Shown here: positions 1 through 10,945 of the stretch, one piece after another
Position numbering within the stretch: the stretch's first letter is position 1
Layout of the letters: each line of letters starts with the position of its first letter
From: Octopus sinensis
Lineage: Eukaryota
DNA length: 64,000 nt
Direction: 5' to 3'
Assembly (NCBI RefSeq): GCF_006345805.1
Contig: NC_042999.1
Location: forward strand, 95,232,001-95,296,000
Program-made: the position numbers and the translations under genes
Notes under the pieces: generated by a model
The model's input: the letters and a program-made list of their open reading frames with translations, nothing else
Databases searched by the model: none
Told to the model about the DNA's origin: nothing

Positions 1-396
1 ACAACTATCCATGGGATCACTGCTTATCTCCAGTTTCCATGAGAGCATGAGAGACAAAAATTTCTTGATCTTATAGCAAATTGTCCTTTATGTGGGGGTT
101 GGAGATTGAACTCTGCACACTAAGTCAATAAATCCCAATCACAAAGTAATTCAATTGTTTACAGTGGGGAATTATATCACCTTCAGTAACAACTTGTAGC
201 TCTGGAGATTGTGCTATAGGGAGTAGATGTCTTGGCCATGACAACACAGTACATCTGAATGGGCTTGTCTACTGGTTACTTGATATTCAATTGACTTGGC
301 TATTGAGACTCATACTAATCCCTTTTTTAAAAGCAGAAAATTCCCATCAACTGATATCACTGAAAATCCCAACCATTTTGCTTTTCTCTATTACCC

Positions 397-611
397 TTTT
401 ACTTGTTTCAGTCATTTGACTGCGACCACGCTGGAGCACTGCCTTTAGTCAAGCAAATCGACCCCAGCACTTATTTTTTGTAAGCCTAGTACTTATTCTA
501 TCAGTCTCTTATGCCGAATCGCTAAGTACGGGGACATAGATGTAAACACACCAGCATCGGTTGTCAAGCGATGTTGGGGGGACAAACACAGACACACAAC
601 CATATACATAC

Positions 612-686
<75 letters not shown>

Positions 687-850
687 TACAACGGCTTCTT
701 TCAGTTTCCGTCTACAAAATCCATTCACAAGGCTTTGGTCAGCCTGAGGCTATAGAAGAAGACATTTGCCCAAGGGGCCATGCAGTGGGACTGAACCCGG
801 AACCATGTGGTTGGTAAGCAAGCTACTTACCACACAGCCACTCCTGCACC
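397..850 (-). mobile_element. tRNA-derived SINE (type A) with internal microsatellite and CR1-like 3' tail
   Basis: Minus strand: A-box-like GTGGCTGTGTGGTAAG and B-box-like GGTTCCGGGTTCAGTCCCAC head (~850-785), CCTTGGGCAAATGTCTTC segment, (TA/TG)n at ~603-688, body, then tail GGCAGTGCTCCAGCGTGGTCGCAGTCAAATGACTGAAAC. Homologous copies at 12265, 50450 and 56315. Confidence 0.85.
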
Positions 851-1144
851 TTTTGTAAAGAATTATTAATCCTAACATAAGGTAGTAGGTTTTTGTAGTA
901 CGGTTGGAATCCACAACCTTATTTCAGTTCATGTCAGAAACTAATTTAATTCAATTACACTGTTACTGACCTTCAGAAAGACATGAAACTCACAAAATTT
1001 CATACAAACATTGCTAGGTATGTATAAGTTACAAATCCATATTTCAGTGTAAATTATAGATATTGAAACACCCTATGTTTCCCTTTAAAAGATTTCTGCA
1101 TTCAAGCTTCTGTAAGAGACTGCTGTGCTGTTTCTAAAGATATT

Positions 1145-1300
1145 GCTATAGGCCACACTTAGTATAAATGCATGCATACATATGTATATGCATGTATGTA
1201 TGCATATATGTATGTACACATATATGTATGTACGCATGTATATATGTATGTAAATATTCATGTATGTATGTACACATGTATATATGTATGTACGCATGTA
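1145..1300. repeat. compound (ATGT)/(AT) microsatellite
   Basis: Direct reading of tandem TATG/TA units. Confidence 0.9.
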
Positions 1301-1899
1301 TGGTGGAGGTGTGGTTGATGTAAATATCTGTATGGTTGGGGAAAGTGAAAGAATAAGAGTGATTTAGGAAAGAGTTGTTAAGTGGCAGTACAGAAAGAGA
1401 AGAGATATGCTGTATAACAGACCTGTAGGTAGATCAGAAAATAAGTAGATTATGTACAGGCTGGAAGAGTGAGTGTAAGAGGTTGAGAGAGAGAAAGAGT
1501 GAGAGATGTATAGTGACAGCGATAGTTATCTGAGGTATTGTAGCAGTGGCTATAGTAAGTGGGGATCAAAGATGGGAGGGGAGACCTCCAACAGCAGACA
1601 TGATAGGGTAATGAGAATGACAGCAGATAAGAGAGTGTTAAAAATAATGTAACGGTAGTTCTTTAGGTAATTATAAACAGTTATATTTTCACCAGGAATG
1701 TGTGAATGACTGAGTCTACAGGGTGTTGAGCAAGTGGTTGAGACAGGCGTTGGTAATTTGTTTCACTACCACCAGAACTGTTAAATGTTCAAAGCCAAGA
1801 AACATAGCCCTCAAATATTCAGTTCACTAGCTGAGTGATAAAGATCAATAGAGTAAGTGGTAACAGCAACACTATATACTTGGTCAGTGGTTTACTTGC

Positions 1900-2075
1900 T
1901 TGTAGTGCTAAGTTCACTTCGCTCATACAGAAACAGTTGTAATATTTTGGACATTCTGAGTTCAAATTCTACCAAGGTTGACTTTGCCTTTCATCTTTAC
2001 GGAGTTGATAACATAAGCATCAGTTGAGCACTGGGGTTGATGTCATTCACTTACCCACTTACCCAAAATTGTACA
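1900..2075 (+). mobile_element. degenerate tRNA-derived SINE (type C, Meta-domain-like core)
   Basis: B-box-like TTCTGAGTTCAAATTCT followed by GTTGACTTTGCCTTTCATC...GTTGATAACATAAGCATCAGTTGAGCACTGGGGTTGATG. Same architecture at 13690, 38870, 40575, 48265, 48498 and 58975. The domain name is from recall. Confidence 0.7.
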
Positions 2076-2209
2076 AAAATTTAAAACTAAAAATTCAGCA
2101 TCCTGCCCAGGGACAAATTTTACTCTTATTCAATTGATACCCATAGAATACTCAAAAAAACTAAGTCATATGTACTAAGCTATGGGACTCTTGAAGTTCG
2201 TGAAAGGTT

Positions 2210-3130
2210 TTACCATTACCACCACCACTATAAGTGCTAATATTTCCTCCATAATATCATTGCAAATCGCAATGCTATTGCCATCAATTCTTTGATCACT
2301 ATGAATATCCTCATTTGTTCAGCAAGTCTACTGTTACCCCTCACTGTAGCTATTATCATAAGCTCTAACATCACCACTTCCAAGATTTCCATCATCCCAG
2401 CTATCAATACTAACTCTATCACTTCTTCCACTACTACTCTTACTACTAACACCATCATTACTACCACATTCATTAATTTGAGAAAATCACCAGAAACAGT
2501 ATCAACAACAACAATAAAAATACTGCTTTTAGAGTCAGCACTTACATATTATTGATGACAGTAACAGCACCAACACTACTTCAACTACTTTGTTCATTAC
2601 TCCTGTGTATTGAAGCATTCGCCACCACTACCAACAAATGTACTAACCACATCACTGCAATAACTACCACCATCATCAACATTACTAGCCTCCTCCAGTA
2701 CTACTACTACCACTACTACTACTACTACTATACTACTACAACTACTACTACTACTGCTGCTGCTACTACTACTACTACTACTACTACTGCTGCTGCTACT
2801 ACTACTACTACTACTACTAATAATAATAATAATGATAATAATAGAACCACCACTCCCCATCACCATCAATATCATCACCACCACTATAACTATCACTACC
2901 AGCACCACCACCACCACTATCATCATCACCAGCACAACCATCACCAACACCACTATCATCATCATCATCACCACCACTACCATAAACACCACTACTATCA
3001 TCACCATCATCACCACCAAAAGCACCTCAGCACCAACACCAGTACCTCTATCATATCACCAGATACCTTCAGCATCAAGATGATTACTATCTCCGTCTTC
3101 ATCATTGATAAAACTATCTCAGCACAGTTT
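2210..3130. repeat. trinucleotide low-complexity cluster (ACT/ACC/ATC/AAT/GCT)n
   Basis: Runs of ACT, GCT, AAT, CAC and CAT triplets, which explain the Thr/His/Ser-rich ORFs. Confidence 0.9.
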
Positions 3131-3329
3131 CATGTATCAGGTTACTTGGTAGATACACAAGTGCATACATAGTTGCATAAAATCAGGATGGCTGCAGCAG
3201 TTTACATCAGGGTGCAGTGCATATGGACAGTAAGCTTATATATCACAGACTGTTAAAATTAGAGATGTTCCTTGTCTCTGAATGTACTATCATTGGAAGT
3301 TATATATTAATAGAAGCTAGTTTCATATG

Positions 3330-3608
3330 TATGTTTATATATGCGTAAATAGATAAGTATATGTAGGTATATATTTATGTGTGCGTATTTGAGTGTTTGT
3401 ATGAACAAATACATATCTAGACATATAATAAAATGCATGCATATATGTATATATATCTACATAAATAAATAATATGTACATGCATAAATAATATGTATGT
3501 AAGAATGTATGTATTTATGTATGTATGGAAATATATGCATCCATATATCTATATATGAATATATCTTTCACTTTCCACCTCTCTCTCTCTCACTTTCTCT
3601 GTCTCTGC

Positions 3609-3664
<56 letters not shown>

Positions 3665-3790
3665 GTGTGTGTATACATGCGTATATGTGTGTGTATGTAT
3701 ATATATGTGCATATATTTAAATATATATGTATATATGCAATGTATACATATGTACATGTGTGTGTGTGTGTGTGTGTATGTGTTAGACAT
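3330..3790. repeat. compound microsatellite (TA, TG, CT, CTGT)
   Basis: Direct reading. Confidence 0.85.
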
Positions 3791-4049
3791 GACAGCAAAC
3801 ATTAAAGCAAGACAAACATCTCAAGTCGTATACAATATTATTATAGGAAGAAATTCAAAATCTTACAGCTGTTTCTGGGATATCCCCAAGTATGGATATT
3901 CCATCATCAGAGACAAATAGGGAAAAAAATAGGGAAAATGAGAATGGTATATATTAATGAGATGACGACATAGAGAAAGGGAGTGAAAGATTAAGGAGAT
4001 GGAAGAAAAAGAAGCATAAAAATTCCTAGTTCATCATTCCTATTTCAAC

Positions 4050-4308
4050 ATTCCAGTTATTTAGGTCTCTGTACAAAATTCTTCATGGTAAAAATTTCAA
4101 TTCCTTGGATGACGCAAAAAAGATACCTTGATGAATTCTTTGCCATGAAACCACCTCAATTCTGAGAAGAGGGTATTTTCAAGTTAAAGGAAAGATGGAG
4201 ACACATTGTGCAACAAAATGGTTCATATTTGGTTGATTAAAAATGTAATAGCAAGTATTTATTGACCTTCTTCTTTCCATTGGCACAAACTTTCTGGACA
4301 ACCCAATA
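4050..4308 (+). mobile_element. mariner (DD34D-type) transposase C-terminus and right TIR
   Basis: Translates to QLFRSLYKILHGKNFNSLDDAK..LDEFFAMKPPQF*EEGIFKLKERWRHIVQQNGSYLVD* (stop at 4240), typical of a mariner C-terminus. Ends in TIR-like AAACTTTCTGGACAACCCAATA. Confidence 0.75.
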
Positions 4309-4312
4309 TCAA

Positions 4313-5452
4313 CATCATCATCATCATCGTTTAACATCAGTTTTCTGTGCTACCACTGGTTGAACAGTTCGACCGGGGTCTGGGAAGCCAGGAGGCTGCA
4401 CCAGGCTGCAGTTTGATCTGGCAGTGTTTCTACAGCTGGATGTCCTTCCTAACGCCAATGACTCCGTGAGTGTAGTGGGTGCTTTTTATGTGCCACCAGC
4501 ACAGAAGCCAGTCAAGGCGGCACTGGCATGGCCACGTTTGGATGGTGCTTTTTATGTGTCACTGGCACAGGTATCACAACTACTATTTCCATTTGATATT
4601 TATTTCGATGTTCATGTACTTGACTCAATAGGTCTCCTCAAGTACAGCAGGTTGTTCTGCAATCCAAGGTACTTTGAATGGGCTGGGGCTATGCGAAACT
4701 GGTGCAGGAAGCAGCCCGGTTCTTTGCAGTCACAGAATATCTCCAGAGATCTTGGTCCTTCATCATTGCCTCTGTGAAGCCCAATGCTCGGAGGTCATGC
4801 TTGACTACCTCATCCCATATCTTCCTGGGTCTACCTCTCCCCCTGATACCTTCAACTGTTTGGGAGTGGCACTTCTTCACACATCTCTCCTCATCCATCC
4901 GCAGTACATGACCATACCATCGCAAGTGTCTCTCTTGCACACTACATCTGATGCTTCTTATGTCCAGCATTTCTCTCAGGGTGCTTATACTCTGTCGTGC
5001 ATGTACACTGACATTACACATCCAGCGGATCATGTTAACTTCATTTCTTTCAAGTCTATGCATGTCCTCTGCAGTCACAGCCCATGTTTCACTACCGTGA
5101 AGCATGGCAGTTTGCATACATGCATCATACAATCTACCTTTTACTCTGAGCGAGAGACCCTTTGTCGCCAGTAGGGGTAGGAGCTTTGCCCAGGCTATTC
5201 GTATTCTAGTGGTGACACTCTCTGAGCATCCGCCTCCACTACTAACTTGGTCACCTAGGTAGCGTAAACTATCAACTACTTCTAGTTTCTCCCCCTGGGG
5301 TGTGATGGAATCTGTTTTCTGAGTATCTGTGGTGTCTATTGTCCCTGTGCATCTGCCACACATGAAAGCTATCTTATCAGTTAATTTCCCTTTGATGTTG
5401 CTGCACCTCTTATGCATCCATAGCTTACACTGGGTACATCTTATGGAGTTTA
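4313..5452 (-). mobile_element. RTE-clade LINE 3' fragment (RT C-terminus, 3'UTR, (GAT)n tail)
   Basis: [66 protein letters not shown]. 3'UTR has ...GGCACATAAAAAGCACC repeats and ends in a (CAT)n run at 4313. 5' end abuts (TA)n. Confidence 0.92.
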
Positions 5453-5468
5453 TGCATATATATGTATA

Positions 5469-5533
<65 letters not shown>

Positions 5534-5593
5534 ATATATATATATGTATGTATATATGTATGTATATACATGTATGTATGTATATATATGTAT

Positions 5594-5661
<68 letters not shown>

Positions 5662-5714
5662 TTATGTGTATATTTATGTATGTATATATGTATGTATATG
5701 TATGTATATATATA

Positions 5715-5761
<47 letters not shown>

Positions 5762-5793
5762 GTATGTATATGTATGTATATGTATGTATATAT
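5453..5793. repeat. (TA)n/(TATG)n microsatellite
   Basis: Direct reading. Confidence 0.95.
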
Positions 5794-5814
5794 GAGGACA
5801 GCTGATATCTTGAG

Positions 5815-5975
5815 TACTGAGGCAATGGTGCACAGGCACCAGTTATGTTAGACTGGACACCTTGTTAGAATGAAGTGTAGCAGGATTCCTAAGCAGATGC
5901 TATATGGGGAACTTTGAATGGAAAAAGACCTTAGCAGAAACCAAGTCTGCAATTTAAGGACAGAGTCAAGTTTTC
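5815..5975 (+). mobile_element. RTE/BovB-like LINE RT C-terminal relic
   Basis: [40 protein letters not shown] resembles the QLRWAGH..RM...R.PKQ.LYGEL motif. Confidence 0.7.
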
Positions 5976-6394
5976 ATTGAAGGCTTGTGGTATGTAGGAG
6001 ACTAACTGGGAGAGCAATGCCTGTCATCACCACAGATAGAGGAGGTAGGGTAAGGAGGGGGTCGACAATTTTGAGAGAGCACATATTCTGCATGAAGAAC
6101 TTAAGCATGTTAGAAAGCGCACTGCTGGTGTACTCTTCTATTTGTAGTTTTACAAATGAGACAACTTTTTCAGTATATTTGCTACATTCTCCATGCATAT
6201 TTACATATACTGAGAGATGCATGACTTTGGAGAGTTTTAACTCTTTCTAGCAAACAAGTGCATATTGTACACTAATTTTTAATATATATTTTGCATATTT
6301 TGCCTATCTGGTTATGCTTGCTGGCCACTTTATCATTATGTTTTCAAAGATAATGATAACCTACTTGAATTTTGTATATATATATACTTAATGG

Positions 6395-7660
6395 TAATTA
6401 AAAACAACACCACAATCACAACTGATATTTATTACAAAAGCACAGATACACACCATTGCCTAAATTTCAAATCATGCCAACCAGCACACACAAAACACAA
6501 CATCCCGTCCTGTCATCACCACAGATAGAGGAGGTAGGGTAAGGCGAGGAAAATTAGTGCTATAGTTGATGATCCAAATACCAGAAGCACTTGACTTATA
6601 GAACTCAAAGGATTTCTGCTCAAGCAACATTACCCTCACCTACTTATAGAAAATAGCATACAATGAGCAAAAGAGGTGCCTATAGAACAACTTGGAGTAA
6701 CACAAAAAACACAAACCCATCAAAGGAACACAATACCATTTCTAGTAACACACAATCCACATCACCAAAACATTTTTAACAGCATCAAAACAAATTTGCT
6801 AGTCACAAAACAAAATGAAGAACTAAAAAACATAATAACTAATCAAACACTTATCTTAAGCAAAAGGTAACCACATAACCTAAAGAAACTATTTACAAAG
6901 GCAAAATTCAACATGTACAACTGGGACGACACATTCACAGAATCCAAGTGTAATGATTACAAATGTGGAATGTGTCAATACATGCATCCAGGTAGATCCA
7001 TTAGAACAAAAGATGGACAGATTTTCACAAATGCAGGAATGAACTGCAAAAGCAGAAATTTGAACTATTGCATTAAATGCCTGAATTGCAAGGAATTATA
7101 TATAGGCAAGACAAGGAATGCATTTTCAGAATGTTCACAAGACCACAGACAACAAATCCAGAACTCTAATGTTCGCCAAATTCCATTGAGTGAATGTATA
7201 GAGACATGTGGTCAGAAAATGTTTCTAATTTTTCCTTTCCACAAATTATTTGACACAAAACAGTCTAGAAGAAAGATAAAAGAAAAACGGTTTATTTAAA
7301 TATTCAAACCTGTTCTGAATGGAAATAACAGCAATAATATAACAGCCAGTTAATGATGTGGATTAATAAGTATAAACAAGTTACAGAATATTGGTATGCC
7401 TGGCAAACCATGATGTTTAAGAGCATGTGAATTGATCAAAAAAATATTCTAAAAACTCAGCTGATTGGAGTGTTCTATGAGGTACTAAAGTTGTCAAGAA
7501 CTCAACTGTTTGTTATACACATTTGAAATCTGATGAGTACACTATGTATGAAAGCGTCAATTTTATTAAAATACCATAATAAAAAACACAAAATCCAGAC
7601 TATGCTTTAACTTTATTCAACTGATATATTATTCTATACACATTCACACAAAATCAAAAC
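6395..7660 (+). mobile_element. Penelope-like element: RT thumb, linker, GIY-YIG endonuclease and 3' pseudo-LTR (degenerate)
   Basis: TDIYYKSTDTHHCLNFKSCQPAHTKHNIP; ELKGFLLKQHYP; IPFLVTHNP; SKR.PHNLKKLFTKA; CNDYKCGMC; NCKSRNLNYCIKCLNCKELYIGKT; IFPFHK...KEKRFI...KPVLN. Stops and frameshifts present. Confidence 0.85.
7525..7564 (+). ncRNA. decayed type-I hammerhead ribozyme motif
   Basis: CTGATGA-GTAC-ACTAT-GTAT-GAAA-GCGTC in the PLE 3' region. C11.1 is replaced by T and C15.2 is missing relative to the usual GAAACGCGTC. Confidence 0.55.
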
Positions 7661-7968
7661 AAAATATATATGCATGCCATCCGTTCGTGTCCGTTGGCAG
7701 CCTCGCCTGGCCCCCGTGCCGGTGGCACGTAAAAACACCATCCGTTTGTAGCCGTTTGCCAGCTCTGTCTGGCACCTGTGTAGGTGGCACGTAAAAAGCA
7801 CCCACTACACTCACGGAGTGGTTGGCGTTAGGAAGGGCATCCAGCCGTAGAAACACTGCCAGATCTGACTGGGCCTGATGAAGCCTTCCGGCTTCACAGA
7901 CCCCAGTTAAACCGTCCAACCCATGCCAGCATGGAAAACGGACGCTAAATAATGATGATGATGATGAT
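7650..7968 (+). mobile_element. RTE LINE 3'UTR/tail fragment
   Basis: Two GGTGGCACGTAAAAA(G/C)ACC units, GTTGGCGTTAGGAAGGGCATCCAGC, CCATGCCAGCATGGAAAACGGACGCTAAAT(AAT)(GAT)n. Confidence 0.85.
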
Positions 7969-7975
7969 ATATATA

Positions 7976-8834
7976 CAGGATGTGATAGTTAAAGTGTTGC
8001 CATTGTATATTTTTAATTTTGCATATGTGCATTGTTTTTAATTTTCTCAGTTACTAGTCAACACTAGTAGGATCAGTTGGGTCCCATCTGTGAGAAAAAC
8101 AGCACTATGACACAATTCATTCTGCCAGAAATTTGGAACTGACCTACTGTACTGCTTGGCATTTGTACAGAAAGCTCCAATATGAATATTTGAGAGTGTT
8201 TAGGTGTCAATTTGAGGATAGTGCAATCTGAGGACATGTACTGAGAGTGATAAAAACCAACCATTCAGTCATCATGGTATTTGAAGTGATCACTAGTGAT
8301 GGTGACATTATGCCTCCACACAGCCTCAGACTCAACACAGAAGCCTGAATCAAGTGCCTAGAGGAGGTAGTGCTGCCCTGGGTCAAAAGGGTGGCTGCTG
8401 GAAAACCCTATGTCTGACAGCAAGACTCTGCACACAAGCAGGAGACCCCAGTCATGGCTGTCAGAAAATTTTTGCAACCACTTCACCCCTAACATCTGGC
8501 CATCTAACTCCCCAGACTGCAACTCCTTTGGTTATAATGTGTGGGATACAGTTGAGCATGAGACCAACAAAACTCCTTGTAACACCAATGATGAGCTGAA
8601 GGCAAGTATTATGGCAGTATTCAACTTAAACAAGGAAACTATCCAGGAGAGTTTCAGGAGATCCAGAAGTCGTGTGGAGGCCATGGTTGAAGGCAGTGGT
8701 GATTTATTGAATAAATTTATTCTTTTGTATTTCAAGATATTTTTATGTAATTTTAATAAATATATCTGTTAAAATGAGATGTCAGTGTTATTTTCATTTT
8801 TGCATAACTTAAACAACATTTTATTCACTGCACC

Positions 8835-8837
<3 letters not shown>
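7976..8837 (+). mobile_element. internally deleted Tc1/mariner DD37D (maT-like) transposon
   Basis: TA-flanked imperfect TIRs (CAGGATGTG.../...CACCCTG). QQDS..HTSRRPQSWLSENF...WPSNSPDCN and C-terminal RSRVEAMVEGSGD; the N-terminal HTH region is joined directly to KT..P.IMVF.VITSDG. Confidence 0.8.
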
Positions 8838-8869
<32 letters not shown>

Positions 8870-8904
8870 TATAGCTGGTGAAAGAGTGACCAATGATTTC
8901 ACTT

Positions 8905-9077
8905 TTACAATCTTTCCTTTCCACAAACTACATGGCTCAAGGGAGGTTGGAAGAAAGATAAAAGAAAAATGATTTATTAAAATGTTCAAACCTGTTCTGA
9001 ATGGAAACAACAGCAATAATATAACAATCAGTTAATGATGTGGATTAATAAGTATAAACAAGTTACAGAATATTGGT
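8905..9077 (+). mobile_element. second copy of the PLE 3' end found at 7230-7395
   Basis: TTTCCTTTCCACAAA...AAACCTGTTCTGAATGGAAA...GTTAATGATGTGGATTAATAAGTATAAACAAGTTACAGAATATTGGT occurs at both positions. Confidence 0.85.
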
Positions 9078-9151
9078 TTGCTAAATACATTTCTGCTCTA
9101 TGCTTTAGAGTGTGCTTCTTTTTTGGTTATGATACATTAACAATATATATA

Positions 9152-9748
9152 CAGGGTGCGATGGGTAAATTGATGCCATTTTATATTTTTAATTTTGCAC
9201 ATGTGCCTTGTTTGTTTTTGATTTTGGTTGATTGGGCACCATCTTTGAGGAAAACAGCACCATGATTTAATTCACTTTGCCAGGAATTTGGAAACAACAT
9301 GCTCTATTGCTTGGCATTCATGCTGGAAGCTCTAATATGAACATTTCAAAGTGTTTGGATATTAATCTGAGGATGGTGCAATCTGCAGACATGTACCAAG
9401 TATGATAAAAATCAAACATCCAGCCAGCATCATGCTTCCATTCATCTTCTCACATGACCTCAGATTCAACATGGAAGCCTACATCAAGTGCCTGCCAGGA
9501 AGAGCTCATGCTGTCCTGGGTCAAGACAAGAATTGCTGGAAGAGGCTATGTCTGGCAACATGACTGTGCACCATGCCACACAAGCTGGAGAACCCATTCA
9601 TGACTGTCAGACAATTTGTGACCACATTACCCCTAACGTCTGGCCATCTAACTCCCCAGACTGCAACCCCCTTGATTAATGTGTGGGACACAGCTGAGCG
9701 AGAGACCTACAAAACTCCTTGTAACACCAAAGATGAACTGGAGGCAAG
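9152..9748 (+). mobile_element. second DD37D (maT-like) copy, right end truncated
   Basis: Left TIR TA-CAGGGTGCG. WQHDCAPCHTS...WPSNSPDCNPLD gives 37 residues between the 2nd and 3rd Asp (one 1-nt indel corrected). Ends at DELEAS, where a PLE begins. Confidence 0.8.
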
Positions 9749-10728
9749 CTTTGGTGCCAAGCTACCCTCAATAATAATAGTAACAACTTCTTTGATATAA
9801 CCATGGGCTCCTCTGACTTCGCTTTGGTTGTAGATCCGGTCAGACTATACCTCCTCCAGTAACTCCACATATATTTTCCTAACATCAAGGGGAATTTGTA
9901 TAGGGATGATGCATTGTTGGTTACTATAGGCCTAACTAAATCCATATTAGAGAAGACTAGAAAAGATTTACATAAATTCTTTGCTAATTTCAATTTATCT
10001 ATAGATTTAAAATCTTCACTATACTACCCCTACCATAAGCCTAATCAATACTTCAGATACATTAGCACAAACTCTAATCACCATAAATCTACCTTTGATA
10101 GTGTAATCAAAAGCATATCTATTCAGATATTTGATCTCTCATCTATGGAGGAAATCTTCAATCACCATGCTACATACAACCAGGCACTAGCTGCTAGCAG
10201 CTTTTCCCAGCAAATTAAATTCATAGCTAACACTAGGGTTAAAAAACACACATGTAAACTCAGTTCCAGTGGGACATGCCCCACTACTAGACATATTAAC
10301 CCATCCACTATAGACAGACAAAACTAAAACCCTGCTAGAAACCTAGAAGGACCATGTGTGAGACGCTCTCATTCACCCTGTGCTCAGCCCTATAACACTC
10401 AATCAAAATTCAAACTGATAAACAACAATGAATCCTACAACTCTCCTCAAACAAATACTGTAGATTATATTTCCTTTATATTGCCTAATAAACATGGGGA
10501 AAGGCCAATTCTCTGGTTTACGCTCCTATTCACTTTAAACGTTAAGAGCTTAGCCAAAATCTTTTTTCAAATAGTAGACTCTAACTTCCCACATCTCCAT
10601 AAGTACCATTCAATCTTCAACAGATCTACTCTGTAATTATTCCACTCCTCTCCACCCAATATAGAACCTATTGTTACCTCTTCCAATAAGTGTAAACTTA
10701 ATTCCTACTACCTATATATATATATATA

Positions 10729-10945
10729 ATTACGGTAATTCAAAATGTGACTGCATGTGTACCGTTGGTGATTATTTTTCCTCTGTCTTCCCTTCCTTGG
10801 ATCTTTCCTTTTCCTATGTTTCTGACGAAGAGCTCTGCTTGAAACGTTAAACCCTCCTTCTTTCCTGAGCGTCCAATAATACTATACTTGTTCCCCGTCC
10901 TCGCGTTGTTGTGTTTTCTCTTTGTGTTTTCATGTTTGGATTAAC
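10729..10945 (+). mobile_element. ~217 bp (TA)n-flanked non-coding mini-element with a hammerhead (PLE pLTR/retrozyme-like)
   Basis: Bounded by (TA)8 (10713-10728) and (TA)4 (10946-10953). Interrupts the host PLE frame, which reads NKCKLNSYYLYNPNMG across the empty site. Confidence 0.72.
10818..10852 (+). ncRNA. minimal type-I hammerhead ribozyme motif
   Basis: GTTT-CTGACGA-A-GAGC-TCT-GCTT-GAAAC-GTT-AAAC: helix I GUUU/AAAC, helix II GAGC/GCUU, palindromic ACGU helix III, GUU cleavage triplet, one extra A after A9. Confidence 0.7.

Noticed and set aside
785-850. tRNA-like sequences (also at ~12530-12586, 15785-15805 and 48265-48350)
   Set aside because: A/B-box heads of SINEs that continue into SINE bodies; no full cloverleaf is visible.
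2552-3172. Thr/His/Asn-rich 206 aa ORF and antisense Val/Ser-rich ORF
   Set aside because: Fully explained by trinucleotide microsatellites; no domain or splice evidence.
7875-7900. CTGATGA followed by an AGCC/GGCT hairpin as a hammerhead
   Set aside because: No GAAA or cleavage triplet follows, and the equivalent RTE tail position in other copies lacks CTGATGA.
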